Assembly (NCBI GenBank): GCA_022822725.1
Contig: JAJEAN010000002.1
Location: forward strand, 185,705 to 249,704
Source: Candidatus Latescibacterota bacterium
GTDB lineage: Bacteria; JAAXHH01
Length of the DNA stretch: 64,000 bases
Reading direction: 5' to 3'
Each line of letters begins with the position of its first letter. Positions within the stretch are counted from its first letter, which is position 1. The position numbers and the translations under genes are program-made. Positions 36,723 through 46,658 of the stretch are shown in pieces. The notes beneath the pieces are model-generated. The model saw nothing but the letters and a program-made list of their open reading frames with translations, had not been told where the DNA came from and searched no databases.

Positions 36723-38387
36723 GTGGCCGGTTTGACCCGAAATGACACCTGCGCGGAGGTCATCGCGCGGACCCTTCACAAAGCCGGCGTCCGTTTCGCT
36801 TTCGGGCATCCCGGCGGTGAAGTGCTCGAGCTCATCGACGCACTGGAACGGACGGGGATCCGGTTCGTCCTGACCGGGCACGAGTCCACGGCGGCCTTCA
36901 TGGCGGCGGCCGTGGGACGTCTGACCGGTATCCCGGGGGTCTGCGTAGCGACCCTGGGACCCGGCGCGTGCAACCTGGTGCTCGGTGTGGGAACCGCCTG
37001 CCTGGACCGCGACCCCGTCGTGGCCATCACCGCGCGGACGTCGACGGAACGGCACCACCGGAGCAACAAGCAGAACCTGCCCCTGATCGACCTGTTCACC
37101 CCCATCACCCGGTGGTCCGTCGACCTCGAAGGTGCGGACGTCGAAGACACCGTGAAAACCGCGCTCTCCGTCGCGGCGGGGCCGCCGCGGGGCCCGGTAT
37201 ATCTCGCCCTGCCGTCGGACGTGGCGGGAAAGCCGGCCGCCGGCCACGGAACCGCGGATGGTACGGCCAGCCCGGACAGCGATGTCGGCCATCGAACCGC
37301 GCATGCTCCGCCTCCAGTCCCCGCGGACGAAGCGGATCTTCCCCGCATCCTGTCCACGTTGAACGGCGCCGAAAGCCCCGTCGCCGTCGTCGGCATCGCA
37401 ATGGACGCGGACAGGGACGCGCCGGCTGTGCGGCGTTTCCTGCGCGATACCGGCCTGCCCTATGCAACGACCGTGCAGGCGAAGGGGATCGCCGATGAGC
37501 TCGGAGACCGATTCCTGGGCACGATCGCGCCGGCCGCCGGTGAAGACCGGATCATCGAATGGCTGCAGCAAAGCGACTGCGTCCTGGGCATCGGGTTCGA
37601 TCCGGTGGAGGTCTCCCGGCTCTGGCATTTCGACGCGCCGCTGCAGATCGTCGCCAACGCCCCCGTGGGTTTCGGCACCTTTACGCCGCCGGCGGCCTGC
37701 ATAGGCGACGTGTCCGCACTCCTGGGCCGCATCGCGGAAGGATACCACGGGCGATGCCTGTGGACGACCGACGATATCGGTTACCTGAAGGCGCGGGTCG
37801 ACGCCGTCTACCACCCGCCGTCCGCGGAGGGACCGGCCGGCATGTCGCCCTACCACCTGGTGGGCGCGCTTCGGGAAGCGCTCCCGGAAGACGCCGTCGT
37901 CTCCTCGGACGTGGGCGCGCACAAGAATGTAATGGGTCAGCGATGGCGGGCGCCGGAACCGGGCACCTTCCTCATGTCCAACGGCCTTTCATCCATGGGT
38001 TACGGGGTAGGCGCGGCCATGGGCGCGGCCATGATTCTGCCCGATCGTCCGGTGGCGGCGATTACGGGAGACGGCGCCTTCGCCATGATGGTCCAGGAAC
38101 TCGAGACGATCCGGCGTACCGGCATCGCGCCGTTGATCGTCGTCCTGTACGACGCTTCGCTGGCGGTCATCAAGATCGCCCAGCAGGCCAGGAACCTCCC
38201 CGTGACCGGGGTCGACTTCGCGCCGGTGGACTGGGTGAAAGTCGCCGAGGGATTCGGCATCGCCGCGGAGAACGTAAGCACCCCGGACGAAACCCGCGAC
38301 GCCGTTTCGCGGTGGATGCGCCGACGGGAGGCGCGGGTCCTGGTCGCCCGCGTGGACGAGCGGCTCTACACCGGGTTGAAGTACTGA
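36723..38387 (+). CDS. Thiamine-pyrophosphate enzyme (acetolactate synthase-like)
   Basis: HESTAAFMA, TLGPGACN, SNGLSSMG and GDGAF motifs. Confidence 0.9.
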   Translation: MAGLTRNDTCAEVIARTLHKAGVRFAFGHPGGEVLELIDALERTGIRFVLTGHESTAAFMAAAVGRLTGIPGVCVATLGPGACNLVLGVGTACLDRDPVVAITARTSTERHHRSNKQNLPLIDLFTPITRWSVDLEGADVEDTVKTALSVAAGPPRGPVYLALPSDVAGKPAAGHGTADGTASPDSDVGHRTAHAPPPVPADEADLPRILSTLNGAESPVAVVGIAMDADRDAPAVRRFLRDTGLPYATTVQAKGIADELGDRFLGTIAPAAGEDRIIEWLQQSDCVLGIGFDPVEVSRLWHFDAPLQIVANAPVGFGTFTPPAACIGDVSALLGRIAEGYHGRCLWTTDDIGYLKARVDAVYHPPSAEGPAGMSPYHLVGALREALPEDAVVSSDVGAHKNVMGQRWRAPEPGTFLMSNGLSSMGYGVGAAMGAAMILPDRPVAAITGDGAFAMMVQELETIRRTGIAPLIVVLYDASLAVIKIAQQARNLPVTGVDFAPVDWVKVAEGFGIAAENVSTPDETRDAVSRWMRRREARVLVARVDERLYTGLKY

Positions 38388-38588
38388 TTACCCCCGGAAT
38401 TCTAGACGTTCCGTTTTAAGGTGCTGCGGTACGGGAAACTATCCGCGGTACAGCAAAAAATCGGTGGCGGTGAAGCGCCCTGTCGGTATATTGAACCCAC
38501 CATTATCAGATCCGGTGAGACGGCGGTCCGACACCGGTCCGGACCGCCGTCTCACCACCCATTTGACACCGGGAGAGTAACTGGATCC

Positions 38589-39851
38589 ATGGGGAGCGAC
38601 TTTACCCTGTATCTGGCCGTGGCGCTCGGGCTGTACATGGCCTTCTCCATCGGCGCGAACGACGTGGCCAACGCCATGGGAACCTCGGTGGGTTCCAAAG
38701 CGCTGACGATCAAACAGGCCATCCTGATCGCCGGTGTGCTCGAGTTCCTCGGGGCCTACCTGGTGGGAGGGCAGGTCACCAAAACCGTTCGGGGCGGCAT
38801 ACTGGATCCGGAGATTTCGGCGACCGCGCCGGAACTCATCGTGTACGGCATGCTCGCGGCGCTCATGGCCGCGGGTACCTGGCTCGTGGTCGCTTCCCGG
38901 CTGGGCTGGCCCGTGTCGACCACCCATTCGATCGTGGGCGCCATCGCGGGATTCGGCATCGTCGCCTTCGGTTTCAACGTCGTACAGTGGGAACAGCTGA
39001 CCCAGATCGTCGCATCCTGGGTCGTCTCGCCCCTGCTGTGCGGCATCCTCGCCTACCTGATCTTCAGCGCGATCAAATGGACGATCCTCCGCTACCCGGA
39101 CCCCGTGCGCCGGACCCGGAAATGGGCGCCGCTCTATATCTTCAGCGTCGTCGTCGTGATTTCGCTGGTCACCCTGTTCAAGGGATTGCAGAACGTCGAC
39201 CTGGATCTCACGCTCGCCGAATCGCTCCTCTGGTCCGGCATCCTGGGCATCTTCGCGGTGATCGCCGGCCACTTCCTGCTCGGGATGATCGGTAACCGGT
39301 CGAACGCCGAGTCCGCGGAGGCATCGTCCGGCGACGGCCAGATGGCCATCGTCGAGAAGATGTTCGGCGTGCTCCAGATCATGAGCGCCTGCGCCGTGGC
39401 CTTCGCCCACGGGTCCAATGACGTGGCGAACGCCATCGGACCGCTGGCGGCGGTGGTGAATATCAGCCAGTCCGGCATGGTCAACCCCGAGTCTCCGGTG
39501 CCCGGCTGGCTACTCCTGGTCGGCGGCATCGGCATCGTCATCGGCCTTGCGACCATGGGATACCGCGTCATGGCGACCATCGGCACCAAAATCACGGAAC
39601 TGACGCCCACCCGGGGGTACTCAGCCGAATTCGCCGCGGCCATTACCATCGTCCTGGCCAGCCGCCTCGGACTGCCCATCTCGACGACCCAGACCCTGGT
39701 CGGCGGAGTCATGGGCGTGGGTCTCGCCCAGGGTGTCAAGGCGCTGGACCTGGGCATCCTTGGCCGGATCGCCGCGTCCTGGATCGTCACCGTACCCATC
39801 GGCGCCCTGCTGGCGATTTTCTTCTTCTACGTTTTCCGGGCCATACTTTAA
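38589..39851 (+). CDS. PiT-family inorganic phosphate transporter
   Basis: GANDVANAMGT, PVSTTHS, HGSNDVANA and PISTT motifs. Confidence 0.95.
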   Translation: MGSDFTLYLAVALGLYMAFSIGANDVANAMGTSVGSKALTIKQAILIAGVLEFLGAYLVGGQVTKTVRGGILDPEISATAPELIVYGMLAALMAAGTWLVVASRLGWPVSTTHSIVGAIAGFGIVAFGFNVVQWEQLTQIVASWVVSPLLCGILAYLIFSAIKWTILRYPDPVRRTRKWAPLYIFSVVVVISLVTLFKGLQNVDLDLTLAESLLWSGILGIFAVIAGHFLLGMIGNRSNAESAEASSGDGQMAIVEKMFGVLQIMSACAVAFAHGSNDVANAIGPLAAVVNISQSGMVNPESPVPGWLLLVGGIGIVIGLATMGYRVMATIGTKITELTPTRGYSAEFAAAITIVLASRLGLPISTTQTLVGGVMGVGLAQGVKALDLGILGRIAASWIVTVPIGALLAIFFFYVFRAIL

Positions 39852-39971
39852 ACCTGCGGACGGCCCGTCGACCTGGACCGGACCGGGTTCGCCAGGTCGG
39901 ACCGAACTGATTCCTCCTGGGCGGCCGGCACGTTGGACCCTTCCAGGCCCTCGAATCGCCAGGAATCCCGC

Positions 39972-40733
39972 ATGACCGAACCCCTTCCGGACGCCGTCGA
40001 GCCCGAAGAGGTCCAACCGCCGCCGCGAATCGGGTTCACGGTCGTTTCCACCGCGCTGGTGCTGGGTGCTTACCTGGTGTTGCAGGTCACCGCGACGGTC
40101 GTCCTGGTGGCCGTGCTGGACCTGGATCCAACCGAACGCATGGGCGACCTGATCGCCCTGGGCGTTCTCCTCTCCGCCATACCCTGTACGTTCCTTCTGC
40201 TGCTCATCCTGGACCGTGGCGGCCGCGCACGGGGCATGGACCCGCGAACCTGGCTTGCGCTCCTGCCGGTCCGGAGCTCGACCGTGCTCGGCTGGGCGAT
40301 ATTCGCCTTCGTGCTGCTTCAGCTGGCCGACCTGGTCACCGTGGAGCTCGGACGGTCGCCGATACCGCCGGTCATGGAGACGATCATCGAAACGACCCGG
40401 TACACGACGCTGCTCTGGTTCGCGCTCGTGATCGCCGCGCCGGTCTTCGAAGAAGCGCTGTTCAGGGGATTTCTCTACGAGGGGCTGCGGCGGACGAAGC
40501 TGGGCGCCGGGGGAACGATCGTCGTCACCACGATGCTCTGGACGCTGCTGCACGCCGCCCAGTACGAACCGTTCTTCCTGGCGCTGATCGCCCTTATCGG
40601 CCTCCTGCTGGGGATCGCGCGCGAACGTACCGGTTCGCTCTATGTCCCCCTCGCCATCCACGGGCTGAACAATCTCCTCAGCACGCTTCAGATAATGGAA
40701 GAAAGGGACGCGCTCGTCAACGCGTTGTTTTAG
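39972..40733 (+). CDS. CPBP (CAAX/Abi) intramembrane metalloprotease
   Basis: APVFEEALFRG, LLH and HGLNN motifs. Confidence 0.92.
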   Translation: MTEPLPDAVEPEEVQPPPRIGFTVVSTALVLGAYLVLQVTATVVLVAVLDLDPTERMGDLIALGVLLSAIPCTFLLLLILDRGGRARGMDPRTWLALLPVRSSTVLGWAIFAFVLLQLADLVTVELGRSPIPPVMETIIETTRYTTLLWFALVIAAPVFEEALFRGFLYEGLRRTKLGAGGTIVVTTMLWTLLHAAQYEPFFLALIALIGLLLGIARERTGSLYVPLAIHGLNNLLSTLQIMEERDALVNALF

Positions 40734-40748
40734 CGGAATGGTCCTGCT

Positions 40749-40925
40749 TCAGACGCCGAGGGCTTTCTTGTTCTCGGGGGTCAGCCTGGTCAGCGTGCGC
40801 TTGAACTTGTAGTGACCCTCTTCGGACTTGACAGGTTTGACCAGCAATACGGTCTGAACCTCGTCCTCCTGATTCTTATCGCTTCCCTTGGCCATCTTGG
40901 CTGCAAAACTTCGGTCCTTAGCCAT
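40749..40925 (-). CDS. Small basic protein, DUF4295/bL38-like
   Basis: MAKDRSFAAKMAKGSDKNQEDEVQTVLLVKPVKSEEGHYKFKRTLTRLTPENKKALGV* (58 aa); GGGAGG RBS and its own promoter. Not in the ORF track. Confidence 0.7.
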   Translation of the reverse strand: MAKDRSFAAKMAKGSDKNQEDEVQTVLLVKPVKSEEGHYKFKRTLTRLTPENKKALGV

Positions 40926-40946
40926 TTCCGTTTCCTCCCAAACCTG

Positions 40947-40994
40947 GCATTTCAGCCTTATCGCATTTCAGCTTTATCGCATTTCAGCCCTATC
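40947..40994. repeat. 16-bp tandem array x3 in the 5' UTR of the small protein gene
   Basis: gcatttcagcYYtatc x3. Confidence 0.92.
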
Positions 40995-41036
40995 GTCCCT
41001 GTTACCTTAAGGTTTGTTCAACGTCCAGCAACGTCC

Positions 41037-41065
41037 AATTTAACGACTCTGTCCTTCAAAAGCAA
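41037..41065 (-). promoter_or_regulatory. Sigma70-like promoter
   Basis: TTGCTT-17nt-TAAATT on the minus strand. Confidence 0.55.
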
Positions 41066-41295
41066 CTTGAACCGGTTCATCCCTGCCCGATGCTGGCGAA
41101 TTAATAAATGCAATACTCATAGATTTCTCACAGAAACATCATGCATTTAGTATATTTAATGGTTATATTTAAATAACACTTGTCGATTTTACATCAACCT
41201 CAGGTTCCGAATCCGTCCTTCGCCGGCAAAGGTGCACGCATACTTCAAGCATCACAGGCATGCAACCGGCAACTTCAACCAAAGGGAGAAAACAG

Positions 41296-43944
41296 ATGCA
41301 GTGTATTTTCGGCAACAAAACAGCGACGCGCGTGCTACGCTTTGTCGCGGTGTTCTGCTTCATGGCGGTATTCCTTGCGGCTACCGCTCAGCGGGCACTG
41401 GCGCAAGAGGGCTCCGAAGAAACGGCAGCCAGTGAAGACCAGTCGGCTTCGGCCGATCAGCAGTTACCCGAACTGCCCATCGTGCTGGACGAGGAACTGG
41501 AAAGCATTACGGTGGTCGGAGCGCGGACGCAGCCCCGGACCATCACTCAGTCCACCGTACCCATCGACGTGATCCAGGTGGAGGAATTCATCCAGCAGGG
41601 CGGTTCGGACCTGGCCGACCTGATGCGGAACGTCGTTCCTTCCTACAACGTCAATACCCAGCCGATCAGCGACGCGGGCACGATCATCCGGCCCGCCAAT
41701 CTGCGCAACCTGGCGCCCGACCAGGTGCTGGTCCTCGTCAACGGCAAGCGCCGGCACCGCGGCGCCGTGATCAACTGGTATGCAAACGCCGTGGCTGAAG
41801 GCGCGCAGGGTCCCGACCTGGCGGCGATTCCTTCCATTGCGCTCGAAAGAGTGGAAGTCCTGCGCGACGGCGCATCGGCGCAGTACGGTTCCGATGCCAT
41901 CGCGGGCGTACTGAACTTCCAGCTCAAAGACAACTACGACGGATTCAACCTGGAGACCAAGGCAGGCAGCTTCCAGGACGGTTCAGGCAGGTTTCTCGGC
42001 GACGGGGAACTTTTCATGATTGCGGGTAATGTCGGCGTGGGCCACGAAGACGCATGGCTCAGTCTCAGCGTGGAATACGGCAATTCCAGCGAAACGGTCC
42101 GTGCGGTGCAGACCGCTTCCGGCAGGGCCCTGATCGCGGCCGGTAATCTCGACATCGCCAATCCCGAGACGTTCTGGGGCCAGCCCTTTGTACGGGACGA
42201 CCTGAAGATCTTCGCCAACTACGGCGCGGCAATCGCCGATAACCTCGAGTTCTTCGGCCACGCCAACTATGCCAGCAAGGAAGTCGACGGCGGGTTCTAC
42301 TTCCGCAATCCGCACACCCGCGGCGGCGTGTACGAGGGTCCCACGGTGGAAATAGACGGCGTGATGCGGCCCACGCTGCTGGTCGGCGACCTGGACGGCA
42401 TTGGCCAGGGTGGCGAATGCGCACCGGTGCCCATCATCAACGACCGCCCGGACCAGGAAGCCTGGCTTCGTGTTCGCGACGATCCCAACTGCTTCTCGTT
42501 CCTGAAGATGTTTCCCGGAGGGTTCACGCCCCGGTTCGGCGCCTTCGCGTCGGACGAGTCCGTGATTCTTGGCATCAGAGGACGGGCGGCGAACTTGATG
42601 CGCTGGGAACTGAGCGCGGCGTACGGACGCAACGAGGCCGACTTCTTCATCTATAATACGGTCAACGCCTCCATGGGTCCCGACACCCCGACCTATTTCG
42701 ACCCGGGCTCCTATGTCCAGTCCGAAGTCAACCTGAACTTCGACGTGACCTATCCAGTCGGTAACAACCTGGTCCTGGCTGCCGGCCTCGAACGGCGGAC
42801 CGAGACCTTCGAGCTCGTCGAAGGCCAGGTCGAGTCCTACCTGATCGGCCAGCCCCTCGCCAGCCAGGGATTCGCGCCGGCTACCAATGGTTTCGCGGGA
42901 TTCAGCAAGGTCGCCGCTGGAGAGTGGAGCCGTTCCAACAATGCGATCTACCTGGAAGGCGGACTCACGCCCACGGACCGATGGCTGCTCGACCTGGCCG
43001 TGCGTGCTGAAGATTTCGAAGATTTCGGTACGACCACCAACTACAAGGTGGCCACGAACTTCAGCTTGTCCGACGAAGTGAAACTGCGCGGCAGCGCCAG
43101 CACGGGTTTCAGGGCGCCGACCCCCGGCCAGCAGAACGCGTTCAACATCACGACGGAGTTCGACTCGGATTTGAACGACCTGGTGAACAACGGGACGGTG
43201 CCCTCCAACAGCCGTGCGGCCGAGTTGAAGGGCGGCAAGCCGCTCGACGCGGAGAAATCTGTGAATATCTCCGCGGGCCTCGTTTTTGATCTGGGCGCCG
43301 TGAGCGCCACGATCGATTACTTCGATATCCGGGTGCGCGACCGGCTGACGGTCTCCCAGAATTTCGAGCTCAGCGACGCGGAGAGAGCCCAGTTGATCGT
43401 CGAAGGCATCACCAGCGCGGCGGGGCTGCAGGGATTTCAGTTCTTCACCAACGACTTCGACTCCGCCAACCGTGGGATCGATGTCGTGATTTCGGCGCCG
43501 GTAGGGACGGGCACGATGAGCCTGGCCTACAATTACACGAGCGCCGAAGTCACCGACCACAATCCGGAGATCCTGGACGCCACGCAGATCAAGGCGCTGG
43601 AGGAGGGACTGCCCAGGCAACGCGGCAATCTGACCCTGACCCAGTCCCTGGCCGATAATCTGAACGCCCTGGGACGGGCCAGCTACTACGGTTCCTTTTT
43701 CGATTTTCGCGATGGCGAGACCTATGGCAGCAAGGTCCTGCTGGATCTCGAGAGTACCATCACCTTCAACGACGACCGGTCAAGGATAACCATCGGCGCG
43801 CAGAACATCCTGAACACCTATCCGGACGAGAATCCGCATGCCGCCGGAGGCCCCTTGGGAGGACCCGGCAACAAGTACAGCCAGTACAGTCCGTTCGGCT
43901 TCAGCGGCGCATTCTGGTACGTCAAGTATGGCTTCTCGCTCTAG
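41296..43944 (+). CDS. TonB-dependent receptor
   Basis: Signal peptide, plug VLVNGKRRH, DGASAQYGSDAIAGV, C-terminal YVKYGFSL. Confidence 0.93.
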   Translation: MQCIFGNKTATRVLRFVAVFCFMAVFLAATAQRALAQEGSEETAASEDQSASADQQLPELPIVLDEELESITVVGARTQPRTITQSTVPIDVIQVEEFIQQGGSDLADLMRNVVPSYNVNTQPISDAGTIIRPANLRNLAPDQVLVLVNGKRRHRGAVINWYANAVAEGAQGPDLAAIPSIALERVEVLRDGASAQYGSDAIAGVLNFQLKDNYDGFNLETKAGSFQDGSGRFLGDGELFMIAGNVGVGHEDAWLSLSVEYGNSSETVRAVQTASGRALIAAGNLDIANPETFWGQPFVRDDLKIFANYGAAIADNLEFFGHANYASKEVDGGFYFRNPHTRGGVYEGPTVEIDGVMRPTLLVGDLDGIGQGGECAPVPIINDRPDQEAWLRVRDDPNCFSFLKMFPGGFTPRFGAFASDESVILGIRGRAANLMRWELSAAYGRNEADFFIYNTVNASMGPDTPTYFDPGSYVQSEVNLNFDVTYPVGNNLVLAAGLERRTETFELVEGQVESYLIGQPLASQGFAPATNGFAGFSKVAAGEWSRSNNAIYLEGGLTPTDRWLLDLAVRAEDFEDFGTTTNYKVATNFSLSDEVKLRGSASTGFRAPTPGQQNAFNITTEFDSDLNDLVNNGTVPSNSRAAELKGGKPLDAEKSVNISAGLVFDLGAVSATIDYFDIRVRDRLTVSQNFELSDAERAQLIVEGITSAAGLQGFQFFTNDFDSANRGIDVVISAPVGTGTMSLAYNYTSAEVTDHNPEILDATQIKALEEGLPRQRGNLTLTQSLADNLNALGRASYYGSFFDFRDGETYGSKVLLDLESTITFNDDRSRITIGAQNILNTYPDENPHAAGGPLGGPGNKYSQYSPFGFSGAFWYVKYGFSL

Positions 43945-44016
43945 GTTCGGTTTGTCGCGCTGAATTCCGCAACCGATGCGGCCGCTTTACCAGACTGAAT
44001 GCAGGCACAGTCGACT

Positions 44017-44055
44017 ACGCCCCGGAACGCTTGAAGTTCCGGGGCGTTACGTTTT
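44017..44055 (+). terminator. Intrinsic terminator after the TonB receptor
   Basis: acgccccggaac-7nt-gttccggggcgt followed by tacgtttt. Confidence 0.75.
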
Positions 44056-44060
44056 ATACC

Positions 44061-44172
44061 GGGCGGCCAGGGATTCGGGCGGCCCGGGATGCGGGCGGCC
44101 AGGGATTCGGGTGGCCAGGGATGCGGGCGGCCAGGGATGCGGGTAGACCGGGATTCGCGCGACCCGGGATTA
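44061..44172. repeat. 16-bp tandem array x7 just after the terminator
   Basis: gggcggccagggatKc units that degenerate towards the right. Confidence 0.92.
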
Positions 44173-44243
44173 CTATTCAATAGACATCGCGCTCCTCCCG
44201 CCGTATCTTGGTCCGGCTTACACGTATTAACCGGAGCGGCCGC

Positions 44244-45401
44244 ATGACTGCGCAAAAGACACGTGATAAAGTTAAAAACCGGGCCGATAGGAAGCGCGAA
44301 GGCGTGAAGCCCGAAGGCGTGAAGCGCAAAGGCGTGAAGCCCGAAGGCGTGAAGCCCGAACTCAGAGGCCTTACGCTGCCCGAGATCTCGCGTATCGTCG
44401 CCGAGATGGACGAACCGGCGTACCGGGCCGGACAGATCGCTTCGTGGGTGTACGAGAAGGCCGCGGGTTCTTTCGACGAAATGACCAACCTGTCCAAGTC
44501 GTTGCGGACCGAACTGGCCGGCCGCACCTGTCTGAACCCCCTGACTCCCGTCCAGCAGTCTGAATCCCGTCACGGACCGACCACGAAGTACCTGTTCGAA
44601 CTCCGGGACGGCCAGAAGGTGGAAACGGTGCTGATCGGCGGGTCGCGGCGCAATACGCTCTGCATTTCCACGCAGGTGGGATGCGCCATCGGCTGCCGGT
44701 TCTGTGCGAGTGGGCTCGAGGGTCTCGTGCGAAACATGACTTCGGCCGAAATCGTCGACCAGGTCGTGCAGGTCAGGAAGCAGGTCATGCTGGCCGGTGA
44801 TGCACGCCCCATCAACAACATCGTCGTCATGGGCATGGGGGAACCGCTGGCGAATTACCGCCAGGTGCTCCGGGCCGTACGGATCATCAACGCCGATTGG
44901 GGACTCGGAATCGGCGCCCGCAAGATCACGCTGTCCACCAGCGGACTGGTTCCGAAGATCTACCAACTGGCCGAAGAGAAGATCCAGTTCGAACTGTCCG
45001 TTTCGCTCCATGCCGCCGACGACCGGACACGAACCTCCATCGTCCCGATCAACCGGCGCTATCCGCTCAAGCAACTCATGAAGGCCTGCCGCCATTACAC
45101 CGGGGCCACCGACCGCATCATTACCTACGAATATGTCCTGCTCAAGGGCGTGAACGACCGGTTCCAGGACGCGGAAAACCTCGTAAAGCTCTTGAAAAAG
45201 GACAAGTGCAAGCTTAACCTCATTCCCTATAACCCGGTACAGGGCCTGCCCTATGAAACGCCCGATGAACACCGGCGTTCGGCATTCGCGGATGCACTGC
45301 GGGCGGGCGGTCTCCAGTTGACCATTCGCCGGGAACGCGGCCGGGACATCGACGCGGCATGCGGTCAACTGCGTCTTGCCGAGTCCCGCAGATCCGGTTG
45401 A
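44244..45401 (+). CDS. rlmN: 23S rRNA (A2503-C2) methyltransferase
   Basis: CISTQVGCAIGCRFC, MGMGEP, SLHA and DIDAACGQL motifs; N-terminal xGVK(P/R) repeats. Confidence 0.96.
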   Translation: MTAQKTRDKVKNRADRKREGVKPEGVKRKGVKPEGVKPELRGLTLPEISRIVAEMDEPAYRAGQIASWVYEKAAGSFDEMTNLSKSLRTELAGRTCLNPLTPVQQSESRHGPTTKYLFELRDGQKVETVLIGGSRRNTLCISTQVGCAIGCRFCASGLEGLVRNMTSAEIVDQVVQVRKQVMLAGDARPINNIVVMGMGEPLANYRQVLRAVRIINADWGLGIGARKITLSTSGLVPKIYQLAEEKIQFELSVSLHAADDRTRTSIVPINRRYPLKQLMKACRHYTGATDRIITYEYVLLKGVNDRFQDAENLVKLLKKDKCKLNLIPYNPVQGLPYETPDEHRRSAFADALRAGGLQLTIRRERGRDIDAACGQLRLAESRRSG

Positions 45402-45527
45402 CCGCCGCCAGGCGGACGAGCGGAGGACCACGCGGACGTGCCAGGCCGGCGGAACGAAAGCGTGGCGGCTGGTGTACCGCGCGAACGGGCGGAGGACCGC
45501 GCGGACGTGGCGGCGCGGAGAAACATC

Positions 45528-46562
45528 ATGGATCATGAATCGTCACCCCGGATCCTCGTGGTACGGCCCGACCGGATCGGGGACGTGGTACTCTCCCTGC
45601 CGGTGCTGGACGCCCTTCGCCATCGCTGGCCGAAGGCCTACCTGGCCATGCTGGCACATACCTACACCCGCGACCTGCTCGAACGAAATCCCTGTCTGGA
45701 CGCCGTATTCGAAGACGACCCGGAGGTTGTTCACCGTGGACCCGCGGGCTTTTACCACCAGGTGCGGCGGCTGCGTGCCCAGGCCTTTGACACCGCCCTG
45801 GTACTCATGCCGACCATGCGCCACGTGTGGATGATATTCCTGGCGGGCATCCCCCGGCGCATCAGCGTGGGACGGAAGGTCTACCACGCGCTCACCGGCA
45901 CCCGGTCCCTCAGCCGCCACCGCTATATACCGCTCCGCCACGAATCGGATTTCTGCCTGGACCTGGCCCGGGTCATCGACGCCCGGGAACCCGGGGACCG
46001 GCCGTTGATCGAATTGACGGAGGAGGAGCGTCGGGATGCCCGCGCGGTCCTGGACCGGACGCGGGGACAGCCGGTCATTGGCATCCATCCCGGCAACGGA
46101 CGCAACGCCCCGAACTGGACGGTCGAGCGTTACGCACGGCTCGCGCGGGCCCTGCAGGACCGCCATGGCGCGAAGATCGTCGTAACCGGGAGCGCGGAGG
46201 AAGGGCATCTGGCCGAAGCGATTTTATCCGGGCTGGAAGGTCCCGCCCTCTCGTTGGCGGGGCGGCTTACACTGGGCGAGCTGATCGCGGTGATCGGCGA
46301 ACTGGACCTCCTGGTAAGCAGCAGCACGGGGCCCATGCACCTGGCCGGGGCGCTGGGCGTTCCGACGGTGTCCGTCTTCTGTCCCCTGCCCGCCAGGTCG
46401 CCCGAACGGTGGCGTCCCCTTGGCGGCCGGGACCGCAACCTGCTTCCGCCGGAAGGACAGTGTCCGACCTGCGACCGCGGACCTTTCTGCGACCTGTCCG
46501 GCATCACCGTGGACATGGCCGGGGAGGCGGTCGGCGAGCAGTTGGCCCGCACGTCGGGATAG
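45528..46562 (+). CDS. Glycosyltransferase family 9 (heptosyltransferase)
   Basis: RPDRIGDVVL and SSTGPMHLAGALG motifs. Confidence 0.92.
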   Translation: MDHESSPRILVVRPDRIGDVVLSLPVLDALRHRWPKAYLAMLAHTYTRDLLERNPCLDAVFEDDPEVVHRGPAGFYHQVRRLRAQAFDTALVLMPTMRHVWMIFLAGIPRRISVGRKVYHALTGTRSLSRHRYIPLRHESDFCLDLARVIDAREPGDRPLIELTEEERRDARAVLDRTRGQPVIGIHPGNGRNAPNWTVERYARLARALQDRHGAKIVVTGSAEEGHLAEAILSGLEGPALSLAGRLTLGELIAVIGELDLLVSSSTGPMHLAGALGVPTVSVFCPLPARSPERWRPLGGRDRNLLPPEGQCPTCDRGPFCDLSGITVDMAGEAVGEQLARTSG

Positions 46563-46611
46563 CATGCAGGCGAGCAGTCGGCCCGTACGTCGGGATAGCA
46601 TGCAGGCGAGC
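46533..46611. repeat. 36-bp duplication spanning the GT9 stop codon
   Basis: ggcgagcagtYggcccgYacgtcgggatagcatgca x2 plus a partial copy. Confidence 0.95.
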
Positions 46612-46658
46612 CCGTCACCGCGCCGGCCAACGTACCTTTAACCTCGATGTACGCAACG

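Noticed and set aside
34833-37922. 1029-aa minus-strand ORF and similar long antisense ORFs (10936-12966, 41983-43620, 43941-45536, 53261-54868, 63304-63978)
   Set aside because: These are shadow ORFs of well-supported opposite-strand genes, expected in high-GC DNA, and they carry no motifs.
41180-41295. Cobalamin or TPP riboswitch before the TonB receptor
   Set aside because: I could not find the B12-box/GGGAA or CUGAGA core motifs by eye. An Infernal/Rfam scan would be decisive.
44061-44172. Intergenic arrays as REP/BIME elements, MITEs or mini-CRISPRs
   Set aside because: Units are head-to-tail without spacers, unrelated between loci, and lack terminal inverted repeats.
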